From the IMG/VR virus record IMGVR_UViG_3300021375_000006: a DNA stretch of 64,000 nucleotides. One strand, written 5' to 3'. Source of the DNA: a virus (Duplodnaviria > Caudoviricetes). The notes below the pieces were generated by a model that was not told the DNA's origin, did not search any database, and saw nothing but the letters and a program-made list of their open reading frames with translations. The translations under genes were made by a program, and so were the position numbers. Below, piece after piece: positions 31,979 through 39,547 of this stretch; position 1 is the stretch's first letter; the number at the start of each line of letters is the position of its first letter.

Positions 31979-32431
31979 TTATTTTTTACGAGAATCTAAA
32001 GACGCCTTTGCCTTTTTATGAAGAGCTTTGATTTTCTTCTTATCCTCTCTATAGGTCTCTTTATCTTTTACAACAGATAATGCCCACGCTTCTTCAAGCA
32101 TTTCTATTTCTTTTGTATTGTAACCTATATTCTTCCATGTATCTTTTAAACCATCTACGTGTTCACCTTTTTCATTGGTATAACCCTCTAGCTTTCTTTC
32201 AAGCATTTCATGGTTTCTTTTTTCTTGAATATCAAGATGTCTTTGATGTAGCTTTCTACCATTCTCTATATTTGCTTGCTGAATTTTTAATCTTTCAGCT
32301 AAAGGTAGTTTGCTAATATATTTTAGCACACCTTGTTGTTTCATCATGAATCTTCTCTGCCTTCTAGTAAGTAATGTCTGGGCCTGATTCTGTTGTTGAT
32401 TCACTTCTTGTGTTTGTTCTTTTTCTGCCAT
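31979..32431 (-). CDS. Basic helical hypothetical protein (150 aa)
   Basis: ORF track; Lys/Arg/Gln-rich. Confidence 0.6.
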   Translation of the reverse strand: MAEKEQTQEVNQQQNQAQTLLTRRQRRFMMKQQGVLKYISKLPLAERLKIQQANIENGRKLHQRHLDIQEKRNHEMLERKLEGYTNEKGEHVDGLKDTWKNIGYNTKEIEMLEEAWALSVVKDKETYREDKKKIKALHKKAKASLDSRKK

Positions 32432-32954
32432 CGTAATATGATTTAATAAATTCTTCAGCTTGTGGTTTTAGTTGTTCTTGTAAGTTATCTATCTGGCTCA
32501 TTACAAGCGCTAAAATTTGCTCATTTAGATCTGACTTAGTAATATCCATCTGGTCTTTAAACAAATCATATACTTCATGTGAAGGTATATTTAATTGTAA
32601 AGGCACCTCGATTGTATTCTTAGCACTAAGCTTTCTTAGCATTTCTAACATAACATTTACCTCTACATTATCTTGAGTCACAGGTTGAGGTGTTGCCTTA
32701 ACCGGTGTTTCATCAATTGGCTCTGGGCCTGTAGATGCAACAGTACTTTTAAATGGAGCTGCTAAAGCTTTAGCATTTGAAATATCTTTAGCTTCCATTA
32801 AGAGTTCTGATATAATATTAGAGAATACTTTACTACCATCTGTAAATAAAGTAAATTCACCATCTACTTTATCAAATGTAACAATGTCTCCTGCACGTTC
32901 TGTTTTAGTCCAAACGTAAATTTGCTCTTTCTGTTCAGTTAATTGCTCTGCCAT
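32364..32954 (-). CDS. Hypothetical protein (start revised to MAEQLTEQ)
   Basis: The track's start at 33026 lies inside the AAAC-N17-TATAA motif at 33017-33043; ATG 32954 is in frame and downstream of it. Confidence 0.6.
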   Translation of the reverse strand: MAEQLTEQKEQIYVWTKTERAGDIVTFDKVDGEFTLFTDGSKVFSNIISELLMEAKDISNAKALAAPFKSTVASTGPEPIDETPVKATPQPVTQDNVEVNVMLEMLRKLSAKNTIEVPLQLNIPSHEVYDLFKDQMDITKSDLNEQILALVMSQIDNLQEQLKPQAEEFIKSYYDGRKRTNTRSESTTESGPDITY

Positions 32955-32964
32955 ATTCTTATTT

Positions 32965-33192
32965 TTAAATAATTGACCAATCAAAGTCAAACTCGAGCTG
33001 ACCAGTCTTTCTATAGTTATACTCACGATTTAAAAATTGTTTAATAAAGTCATCGGATCCGACAGGTCCCATGATAGCATCTGTCTTTTCATATCTTGCT
33101 TTCCAATGATTTGTAAACTGTTCTACTCCCTGTTCTTTTAGTTGTTTTTTTAATTCTACCAACTCTGGTAGAAATAGTTTGTTAAATCCCAT
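32965..33192 (-). CDS. Hypothetical protein (75 aa)
   Basis: ORF track; coupled to the upstream gene. Confidence 0.6.
   Translation of the reverse strand: MGFNKLFLPELVELKKQLKEQGVEQFTNHWKARYEKTDAIMGPVGSDDFIKQFLNREYNYRKTGQLEFDFDWSII
33017..33043 (-). promoter_or_regulatory. AAAC-N17-TATAA promoter motif
   Basis: TAAAC-17 nt-TATAA. Confidence 0.55.
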
Positions 33193-33193
33193 A

Positions 33194-33784
33194 TTAATTT
33201 TCTGTGTTAAAAAAGAATGTTTGAAATAATCTACCTGTTTCCAGGTCTTTACCGAAATAATCTAGTGATGCATGAAATAGATCGCCAGGATAAAGTACTA
33301 ATCTATTATAGACATTACCTACAGTATCTACCAATTCCCACTTAGTGTAGTCACGGCCATCCGCATTAAGTTTATCTAATAATTCAAAGTCTCTTTCTCC
33401 GTTTGCTAATCTAGGACATGAAATAAGCCCGGTTTCTTTATGTCTATAAATACCAGTTCCTCCAGTAACAGGAGCATCTGGAGTCAAATAACATACTCCT
33501 GCCCAGTCGTTCCACCCATCGCAATGGATCCAAGTTCTATCTGTTGCAGTTGTATATTGAAATGCACCACAATATTCTTCTTTGCCTTCTTGTGGCCAGA
33601 TAGGTTCGCCATGCACTCCTTTTAAATGATGTGCAATCCAATTTTTAATTGATGGTGATAGGAATGCTTGAGTCCTATGACCTGGATAGTTACCGTCTAC
33701 ATTAAAGTCTTGTTGTAAAGCAAAGGCTCTAACATCATCCGGATTATCGTAAAAGTTGTCTATAATAATTGCGCTATATGCCAT
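33194..33784 (-). CDS. DUF6445-family 2OG-Fe(II) oxygenase-like protein
   Basis: IIDNFYDNPD...NYPGHRT...WIHCDG...YNRLVLY...FHAS...RLFQTFFF (HxD...H...R). Confidence 0.8.
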   Translation of the reverse strand: MAYSAIIIDNFYDNPDDVRAFALQQDFNVDGNYPGHRTQAFLSPSIKNWIAHHLKGVHGEPIWPQEGKEEYCGAFQYTTATDRTWIHCDGWNDWAGVCYLTPDAPVTGGTGIYRHKETGLISCPRLANGERDFELLDKLNADGRDYTKWELVDTVGNVYNRLVLYPGDLFHASLDYFGKDLETGRLFQTFFFNTEN

Positions 33785-35520
33785 TAGTAAATTGTTTTAA
33801 TTCTTTCTTCAAATGATGGAGGGAATGACCCTTTTTTATTTATCAAGCTTCTAAAGCAAGCATCCAGGATATAAGTGACTGCCCAATCATCTTTAGATCT
33901 GATACTACGACCAGCTCCCTGTTGAATAGCAATACCTGTTTTCCAATCATACCAGCCTGGAAATGTTTTCATCTTGGCTTTCACAAGTGGATCGCCTAAT
34001 GATGGATAGGGTACTTTAAAGAAGATCTGAAATCTAGATTTATCATCTTTAAGGTCTAACCCTTCTAATAGAGATGGACCTATTAGTATTTTGCCTTCAG
34101 TTTTGTTAAACAGATCGATCGCGCCGCCTCTCTCCTTTGCCACATCGTAGGTAATAAAACTGAACTTATGTTTAGAATGTTGATTGATGAAGTTCATGAA
34201 ATCATAGGAACCGGCGTGAATAATTCCACTTTGCCCTTTATGTTTCTCTAGGATTTTGTCTAAGGTCTTTACTACATGGGGGAGATTTTGTTCGCGTTCT
34301 CTAAAAGACAATTTGTGCCTGTTGACGAAAACGATGGGGGATTTTTTGTAATCGAAATTATTACTCATTCTAATAACTCTCGCATTACCCATTGAAGTAT
34401 GTTTAGCAAATGATTTAATATCACCTAATGTTGCTGACATAAAGACTTTAAAACCACTCTTCTTCTGTAAGAATTTATCAATCATCATTGCCTCTTCCAA
34501 ACATAAGAATTGAGTTTCAGTTTCTTTTCGATTAATAACAATTGCATCATTGCCGAGCTCTTTAATTATGTCATGATAGTCATCAAACTTACACCATATA
34601 TCTTTAAGTCTATCCATTCGTCCAAAAAAAGTCTGCCATTCTTTAGGGACATCTCCATTCTGATACTGGCGTTTACTGCGGACAAGAGCTGCTGATCTGA
34701 CCTTGCGGTAAACCACGGCAATACCTCTGAACTCGCTAATGTGCCTCATTAACTCTTGGTGATCGTCTTCCCGCATTAAGCGGTCGACAATATCTTCTAT
34801 TCTGTTATTAGATACCCAGGTAGCATCAAGTGCATGTTTCTGTATAAACTTGTTTACCTCTCTAAATATCTTAGGTGTACCCACATCTATTCTAGGTGAG
34901 AAGTGTGACTGTACTATATTGTCTACCTTATGTGCTTCATCAAAGAATACAAAGTCTCTCTTAGGAAATGGTATCTCTCTATCCTGTTCTATCATCTTGT
35001 CTTCTACATAATTCCTTTGTATTAGATAATATGAATAGTTGAAGAGAGCTACAGGTAGCTCCTTCGCGCGCCGCCTAGCCTGAAGATACCCACAGGTTCC
35101 CCAGCATTTTAGTTTCTCGGCTTGTTCATACCCAATACCTTTCATCTTACAGTCAGCAAGAGAGAAGGGCAGATCGTTTACATTACAGTTATAGTTGTCT
35201 ACGCCTCTGATACTGGGCCAATCCAACTTTAGTCTTTTAAAGTCTTCTTCATACTGATCTTGTAGCATTAGATCAGAGGTTACTAAATAACCTCTTTTAC
35301 CTAATTCTTTTAGAACGTGCGCGGACCACATAGCAATTAGGGATTTACCACTTCCAGTTGGGGCATCTAAAATAATAGTTCCTTCTGGATCTTGAAGATA
35401 GTGATTGCAGATAGCTTCGACGACTTCTCTTTGCCCTGCTCTAAATTGGAAGCCTTGGCCAAATTTATTTGCCTTTAAGGCATCATCAATAATACTTTCT
35501 ACTCGTTCGCGTTCCAACAT
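33784..35520 (-). CDS. DinG/Rad3-like SF2 helicase with Fe-S cysteines
   Basis: DAPTGSGKS, four Cys after motif Ia, DEAH, MSATLG, EGLDL, QGAGRSIR. Confidence 0.85.
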   Translation of the reverse strand: MLERERVESIIDDALKANKFGQGFQFRAGQREVVEAICNHYLQDPEGTIILDAPTGSGKSLIAMWSAHVLKELGKRGYLVTSDLMLQDQYEEDFKRLKLDWPSIRGVDNYNCNVNDLPFSLADCKMKGIGYEQAEKLKCWGTCGYLQARRRAKELPVALFNYSYYLIQRNYVEDKMIEQDREIPFPKRDFVFFDEAHKVDNIVQSHFSPRIDVGTPKIFREVNKFIQKHALDATWVSNNRIEDIVDRLMREDDHQELMRHISEFRGIAVVYRKVRSAALVRSKRQYQNGDVPKEWQTFFGRMDRLKDIWCKFDDYHDIIKELGNDAIVINRKETETQFLCLEEAMMIDKFLQKKSGFKVFMSATLGDIKSFAKHTSMGNARVIRMSNNFDYKKSPIVFVNRHKLSFREREQNLPHVVKTLDKILEKHKGQSGIIHAGSYDFMNFINQHSKHKFSFITYDVAKERGGAIDLFNKTEGKILIGPSLLEGLDLKDDKSRFQIFFKVPYPSLGDPLVKAKMKTFPGWYDWKTGIAIQQGAGRSIRSKDDWAVTYILDACFRSLINKKGSFPPSFEERIKTIY

Positions 35521-36008
35521 ATAACCTCTTTAACTTCGATACCTGCCTTTTCTAAGAGTCCTATGCCAGACATATCTCTATAATCCTCTGAAAAGAATAC
35601 TCTTTTAATACCTGATTGAATAATTAATTTTGCGCAATCAAAACATGGGCATGTAGTGATATACATATCTGCGCCTTCTGCACTTAGTGTAGATTTACTT
35701 ACCTTTGCTAGAGCATTAGACTCTGCGTGTAAGACCTCTCTTTTAGTTACCTCTTTAGAACAACAAGTATCATCACATGTATAACCCTTTTCTTCTAGGA
35801 CCTGTTTATGATTTTCATTCTCAATCTCTCTGACTTGTTCCTCTTCACAGTTGTTATCAAAGCCATGTGGCGTACCGTTATATCCAGTTGATATTACCTG
35901 TGTATCTTTTACAATAATACAACCAACGCGCCTACGTTTAGCATACGAGAGCTTGGCTATCTGATAAGCCATCTGCATATAAATTAAGTCAACGGGTATT
36001 CTTGGCAT
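35499..36008 (-). CDS. dCMP deaminase
   Basis: TGYNGTP, HAESNA and PCFDC zinc motifs. Confidence 0.9.
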   Translation of the reverse strand: MPRIPVDLIYMQMAYQIAKLSYAKRRRVGCIIVKDTQVISTGYNGTPHGFDNNCEEEQVREIENENHKQVLEEKGYTCDDTCCSKEVTKREVLHAESNALAKVSKSTLSAEGADMYITTCPCFDCAKLIIQSGIKRVFFSEDYRDMSGIGLLEKAGIEVKEVICWNANE

Positions 36009-36011
36009 ACT

Positions 36012-36049
36012 AAAAAAGTCTATGTATTCAATTAATTATACATAGACTT
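36012..36049 (-). terminator. Rho-independent terminator
   Basis: 12-bp stem AAGTCTATGTAT/ATACATAGACTT followed by a T-run on the minus strand. Confidence 0.7.
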
Positions 36050-36062
36050 CTCTAAAAGTTTC
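36036..36062 (-). promoter_or_regulatory. GAAAC-N17-TATAA promoter motif (dCMP deaminase/helicase operon)
   Basis: Exact 17-nt spacer. Confidence 0.65.
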
Positions 36063-36075
36063 TAAATATGTGTAC

Positions 36076-36138
36076 CTAATATGCAGGCTTCCAGGGTTTA
36101 ATCCAATATTCCCAGAAAATTTGTTTTGCCTTTCTCAT
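36076..36138 (-). CDS. Trp-rich 20-aa micro-ORF MRKAKQIFWEYWIKPWKPAY
   Basis: The ATG overlaps the upstream stop (TAATG); TAG at 36076-36078; fills an otherwise empty gap. Confidence 0.5.
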   Translation of the reverse strand: MRKAKQIFWEYWIKPWKPAY

Positions 36139-36755
36139 TAGTATTCAAATGGAGGTGCTTCACCGTCTTGTTCCATACCGTACCACGTACCTTTATGTTC
36201 CCAGTAGTACCATCCGTATTTATCATCGATAACTACTTCAAACTTACCCTTCGGCAGCTCTATGGACTTCTTAGGCGCTCTTGCAATATACTTAAGTACT
36301 GGTACTCCATCGTCCCAAGTCTTTTTAGTAGATCTAGCATCTACACCAACACCACCGTCTGAATAAGCCATGTGGTATTCTGCGCCTTGAATCTCTTGGG
36401 CTAACATCATAGTAGGAGTTGCGTCTGACTCATTGATAACCGACTCAGCCATTTCTCTCTTATATACTTGTTGTAACTCTTTGAATTCTGCTTTTAGTTT
36501 AGAACCAATGGTTTTCTTAATACCCCAATAGTCACCAAAAATAAGTGGAGCTACTGCGCCCATTCCAGCTTTCTGAACCTGGTTAGCGTATTTTCTAGCA
36601 TAGACAGATCTATCAAACCAGTCTAATGCAGCTTGGGCCATTTCCTTTGAGATCTTCTGACCTTCAATTTCGGAAGTTGCACCATTGGCTACCATCTTAA
36701 ATAGTTTTTTAGCTGGAGCCTGTCTTGCTTCGTTAAGTGGTTTAATGTATTTCAT
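36138..36755 (-). CDS. Putative head-internal protein with MKYIKPLNE leader (205 aa)
   Basis: N-terminal leader plus internal ESVINE junction. Confidence 0.6.
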   Translation of the reverse strand: MKYIKPLNEARQAPAKKLFKMVANGATSEIEGQKISKEMAQAALDWFDRSVYARKYANQVQKAGMGAVAPLIFGDYWGIKKTIGSKLKAEFKELQQVYKREMAESVINESDATPTMMLAQEIQGAEYHMAYSDGGVGVDARSTKKTWDDGVPVLKYIARAPKKSIELPKGKFEVVIDDKYGWYYWEHKGTWYGMEQDGEAPPFEY

Positions 36756-36756
36756 A

Positions 36757-37398
36757 TTACTCTTTACCTGCGCTGTATGTTTCTTTTAACTCGTCTATCT
36801 TTTTAGCATAAGCCTCTTTCATCTCATTACAGTGAGCCTCATACATTTCTTGAGTTAATTCTGTTTCTTTAACTTCACCATAACCTTCTTCCATTGCCTT
36901 TGCAGCAAGAGTCGCTATTAGAGCAGCATTCTCTTTCATATACATTTCTAATGTGTGGTCTTGGTATTCGTCATTCTCATAAGCACATGCAGCTTCTTTT
37001 ACTTTTGCATAGCCTTCAACTAACATTTCTTCTACTGTTGATGGAGCTTCTGCTTCTCCTTCTGATTCAACTTCTTCAACTTCTTCTTCAGGAGCTTCTT
37101 CAGAATCTTCTTCATCATCATCTTCATCTTCGTCGTCATCGTCATCGTCGTCATCTTCGTCAGAATCGTCGTCATCAGACTCTTCAGAATCATCAATATC
37201 GTCGTCAGAATCATCTTCTTCGTCTTCTATTTCTTCAGCAGGTAATTCAGTGCCTTCTTCACACTCTAAACAATTACCTTCTTCGTCGGTACCACATGGG
37301 CACTCTTCGTTTTCTACTTCTTCTGTAGTATCTACGTTATCTTGCCCAGACTTTAACTGAACTTGATACTCTTCGAATGATAGGATTTTTTTAGCCAT
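36757..37398 (-). CDS. Highly acidic protein, prohead core/internal protein candidate (213 aa)
   Basis: KKILSFEEY leader, CPC...CLEC, long Asp/Glu tract; late motif upstream. Confidence 0.5.
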   Translation of the reverse strand: MAKKILSFEEYQVQLKSGQDNVDTTEEVENEECPCGTDEEGNCLECEEGTELPAEEIEDEEDDSDDDIDDSEESDDDDSDEDDDDDDDDEDEDDDEEDSEEAPEEEVEEVESEGEAEAPSTVEEMLVEGYAKVKEAACAYENDEYQDHTLEMYMKENAALIATLAAKAMEEGYGEVKETELTQEMYEAHCNEMKEAYAKKIDELKETYSAGKE

Positions 37399-37418
37399 TT
37401 TTATATTGTTTTATTTAA

Positions 37419-37427
37419 TTATATATC
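37419..37427 (-). promoter_or_regulatory. Late-type motif GATATATAA
   Basis: Upstream of the acidic core protein. Confidence 0.55.
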
Positions 37428-37433
37428 AATTTT

Positions 37434-39194
37434 TTATGCTTCAATTTTTTCGCGTAGTTCTACGTTGTGGAATAATATACCATCAGCCATATAGACATCT
37501 TCAGTTTCTACGTCAATTGAATATGTATTAACAGTTTCCGTAACATACTCAGTGCTGGTTACCTCTACCCACCCATTTGCAGTGTAGAATGAATCTCCAA
37601 CTATAACATCAGCTGCCTGCTTAAACGAAATATCATTACCAACACTCATTATTAGGATAGGGTGTTCACCAGTTACCTTTGTTAAACCGTTATTAAAGTT
37701 ATGATATGCAGTATGCTGACCTGCGATTACCCTAGTAACGGTTGCGCTACTTGAGCTAGCTGAGAATTGATTAATTTGACTTGAGTATTCTTCCCAAGTT
37801 GATTCTGTTTCATCATCGCCTAACCCTGTAATATCATAAGAAGCTAGAACGTCACCCACTTGCAGATCTTCTACTAGTTTAGTTGTACCATCAGCCAAAT
37901 TCATTACTGTACCTTCTACGTGACATGGTCCCCAATCAAAGGAGATGGTGTCTACACTAGCCGAATTCAATGTAAAACTACTATCTGGGGTAAAATCAAT
38001 ACTTAAAGCCTGACCGCCATTCTCATTATTAACTCCATCTGTGATATAAGCAGATACCGTTCCATTAAACACATCAACTGAGTCAATATATGAACTAGCA
38101 GGACTATCTGGGTTTTCTACATTGAAATATATGTAGTTCCCATTACTATTAGTCGCGGCTATATTTACATGACTCGCGCCATTCCAATTGTAACTAGCAG
38201 TTACCACTCCAGTACCTACCATCGGATTTGGTGGGCCATTAGGATAACTTAACGAAGTAAATTCAAAATTAAATTCAGGTACCGGCGCTGTTGTCGTCGT
38301 TATAGATGAATTAGGAGCTGTAATTAAAACAGAACACCAGTGGCTTGTATCATCTGGGTGTCTAACAATTAAATAAATTTGATTATACCCTAGACCTATT
38401 CCTGGAGATGCTGCTTGTGTGCTAGCACTCTCTTCTGTATAAGGTGTATTTCTAGAAAGACCACCTGAATTTGGATCAACGTGGTCATAAGAAACCTGTA
38501 CCTGTCCAGTAATCGGAGCATTATTAACTGTTAAATTTTCAATCCAATATGGATTGGGAGTCGACTGGTGGTTAGAATCATCCGGTTTTGTAGTTGACCA
38601 ATATACATCATTATCTTTTACTAAAGTTGCATCAGGGTCTAACGCAAAAGTATATGTTGTTGAGATATTTGGCATTTGTAAGCTATTATTATCACTATAT
38701 TCACTACCTCCTTGGCCAGAAATATGTTCACTTACAACAGTAGCGTTAGTGGACGTTAATAAAATACTATTTAATGGAGCGTTCGTTGTCGTTGTTTGTT
38801 CTATAGTTGTCGTTGTTTGATCTATAGTAGTCGTTGTTTGATCTATAGTTGTCGTTGTTTGATCTATAGTTGTCTGTGGTGTCGTTGTTTGAGCTATAGT
38901 TGTCGTTGTTTGATCTATAGTTGTCGTTGTGACTGTACCATCCCCAGTTTGTGTAATAGTAAAACTATCTACTAGCGTATTATCGTTAACCCAGTTCCAA
39001 TGTCTTACTTCCCATTGAGAGGTTCTAGTCACACCAGTATCGTTATCTTGAATAGCAAAGTCTGATGTACCTGTAGTTACTGTATCAGATCTTGTGATCC
39101 ATGATACACCATCCACATTAACCCATGTAAAATTTGGATTTGATGTAGTATTATTTCCTGTATAAGTAACAGATCTTTGAATTGTTGAAGGCAT
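37434..39194 (-). CDS. BACON-like / Thr-rich / Hint-domain protein (586 aa)
   Basis: N-terminal SWIT...N..G..R...FTITQ, QTTTTID repeats, C-terminal CHVEGT...TGEH...ILFHN Hint domain. Confidence 0.8.
   Translation of the reverse strand: MPSTIQRSVTYTGNNTTSNPNFTWVNVDGVSWITRSDTVTTGTSDFAIQDNDTGVTRTSQWEVRHWNWVNDNTLVDSFTITQTGDGTVTTTTIDQTTTTIAQTTTPQTTIDQTTTTIDQTTTTIDQTTTTIEQTTTTNAPLNSILLTSTNATVVSEHISGQGGSEYSDNNSLQMPNISTTYTFALDPDATLVKDNDVYWSTTKPDDSNHQSTPNPYWIENLTVNNAPITGQVQVSYDHVDPNSGGLSRNTPYTEESASTQAASPGIGLGYNQIYLIVRHPDDTSHWCSVLITAPNSSITTTTAPVPEFNFEFTSLSYPNGPPNPMVGTGVVTASYNWNGASHVNIAATNSNGNYIYFNVENPDSPASSYIDSVDVFNGTVSAYITDGVNNENGGQALSIDFTPDSSFTLNSASVDTISFDWGPCHVEGTVMNLADGTTKLVEDLQVGDVLASYDITGLGDDETESTWEEYSSQINQFSASSSSATVTRVIAGQHTAYHNFNNGLTKVTGEHPILIMSVGNDISFKQAADVIVGDSFYTANGWVEVTSTEYVTETVNTYSIDVETEDVYMADGILFHNVELREKIEA
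38785..38930. repeat. 21-bp coding tandem repeat (QTTTTID x ~6)
   Basis: Unit tctatagttgtcgttgtttga, repeated with few variants. Confidence 0.9.
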
Positions 39195-39228
39195 ATTGAC
39201 TTTATTCTATTTTTATATATATTACTTT

Positions 39229-39531
39229 TTATGCACTATTTGCATCCGCGTGTTGTGTAATTGTAAATTGCTTACTTAAACCCGGATCATTCGGATAAGC
39301 TGAAGCTTGGAAGTGGTTTACTTCATAAGTTACTGATCTAATTTCACCCGATGCACCTGTAGTCCAATCTTCTACTTCAAATTGCCAAACATTCTCTGAC
39401 ACCTCTGTTGCTGTTACCCAGCCACTGCCACCAGAAGTCCACGTTGCAGTCCAGGTATATCTATCAGTTCCCGCTGGGAGCTGATCTAAATCACCATTAA
39501 ATTCTACTACTTTTTGAATTGTTACCGACAT
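39229..39531 (-). CDS. Single BACON-like domain protein (100 aa)
   Basis: GWVT...EIRSVTYEV...FTITQ pattern shared with the N-terminus of the next gene. Confidence 0.5.
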   Translation of the reverse strand: MSVTIQKVVEFNGDLDQLPAGTDRYTWTATWTSGGSGWVTATEVSENVWQFEVEDWTTGASGEIRSVTYEVNHFQASAYPNDPGLSKQFTITQHADANSA

Positions 39532-39547
39532 AATTATTATTTAATTT

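Noticed and set aside
32955-33026. Track start of the 220-aa ORF, and similar extended starts at 44153, 49127, 49350, 49679, 54953 and 63266
   Set aside because: They overlap promoter motifs or upstream genes, and downstream in-frame starts with coupling or A-rich leaders fit better.
36894-37328. Leu/His/Arg-rich 144-aa plus-strand ORF
   Set aside because: It is the antisense mirror of the Asp/Glu codon tract of the 213-aa acidic gene.
37464-37925. Hint domain as a canonical splicing intein interrupting a conserved gene
   Set aside because: The +1 residue is Val, the C-extein is only 9 aa and there is no homing endonuclease. It is treated as a BIL/auto-processing domain instead.
38785-38930. 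21-bp tandem repeat as a CRISPR or diversity-generating element
   Set aside because: There are no unique spacers, it is an in-frame Thr-rich coding repeat, and no reverse transcriptase or adenine-specific TR/VR pair was seen in the window.
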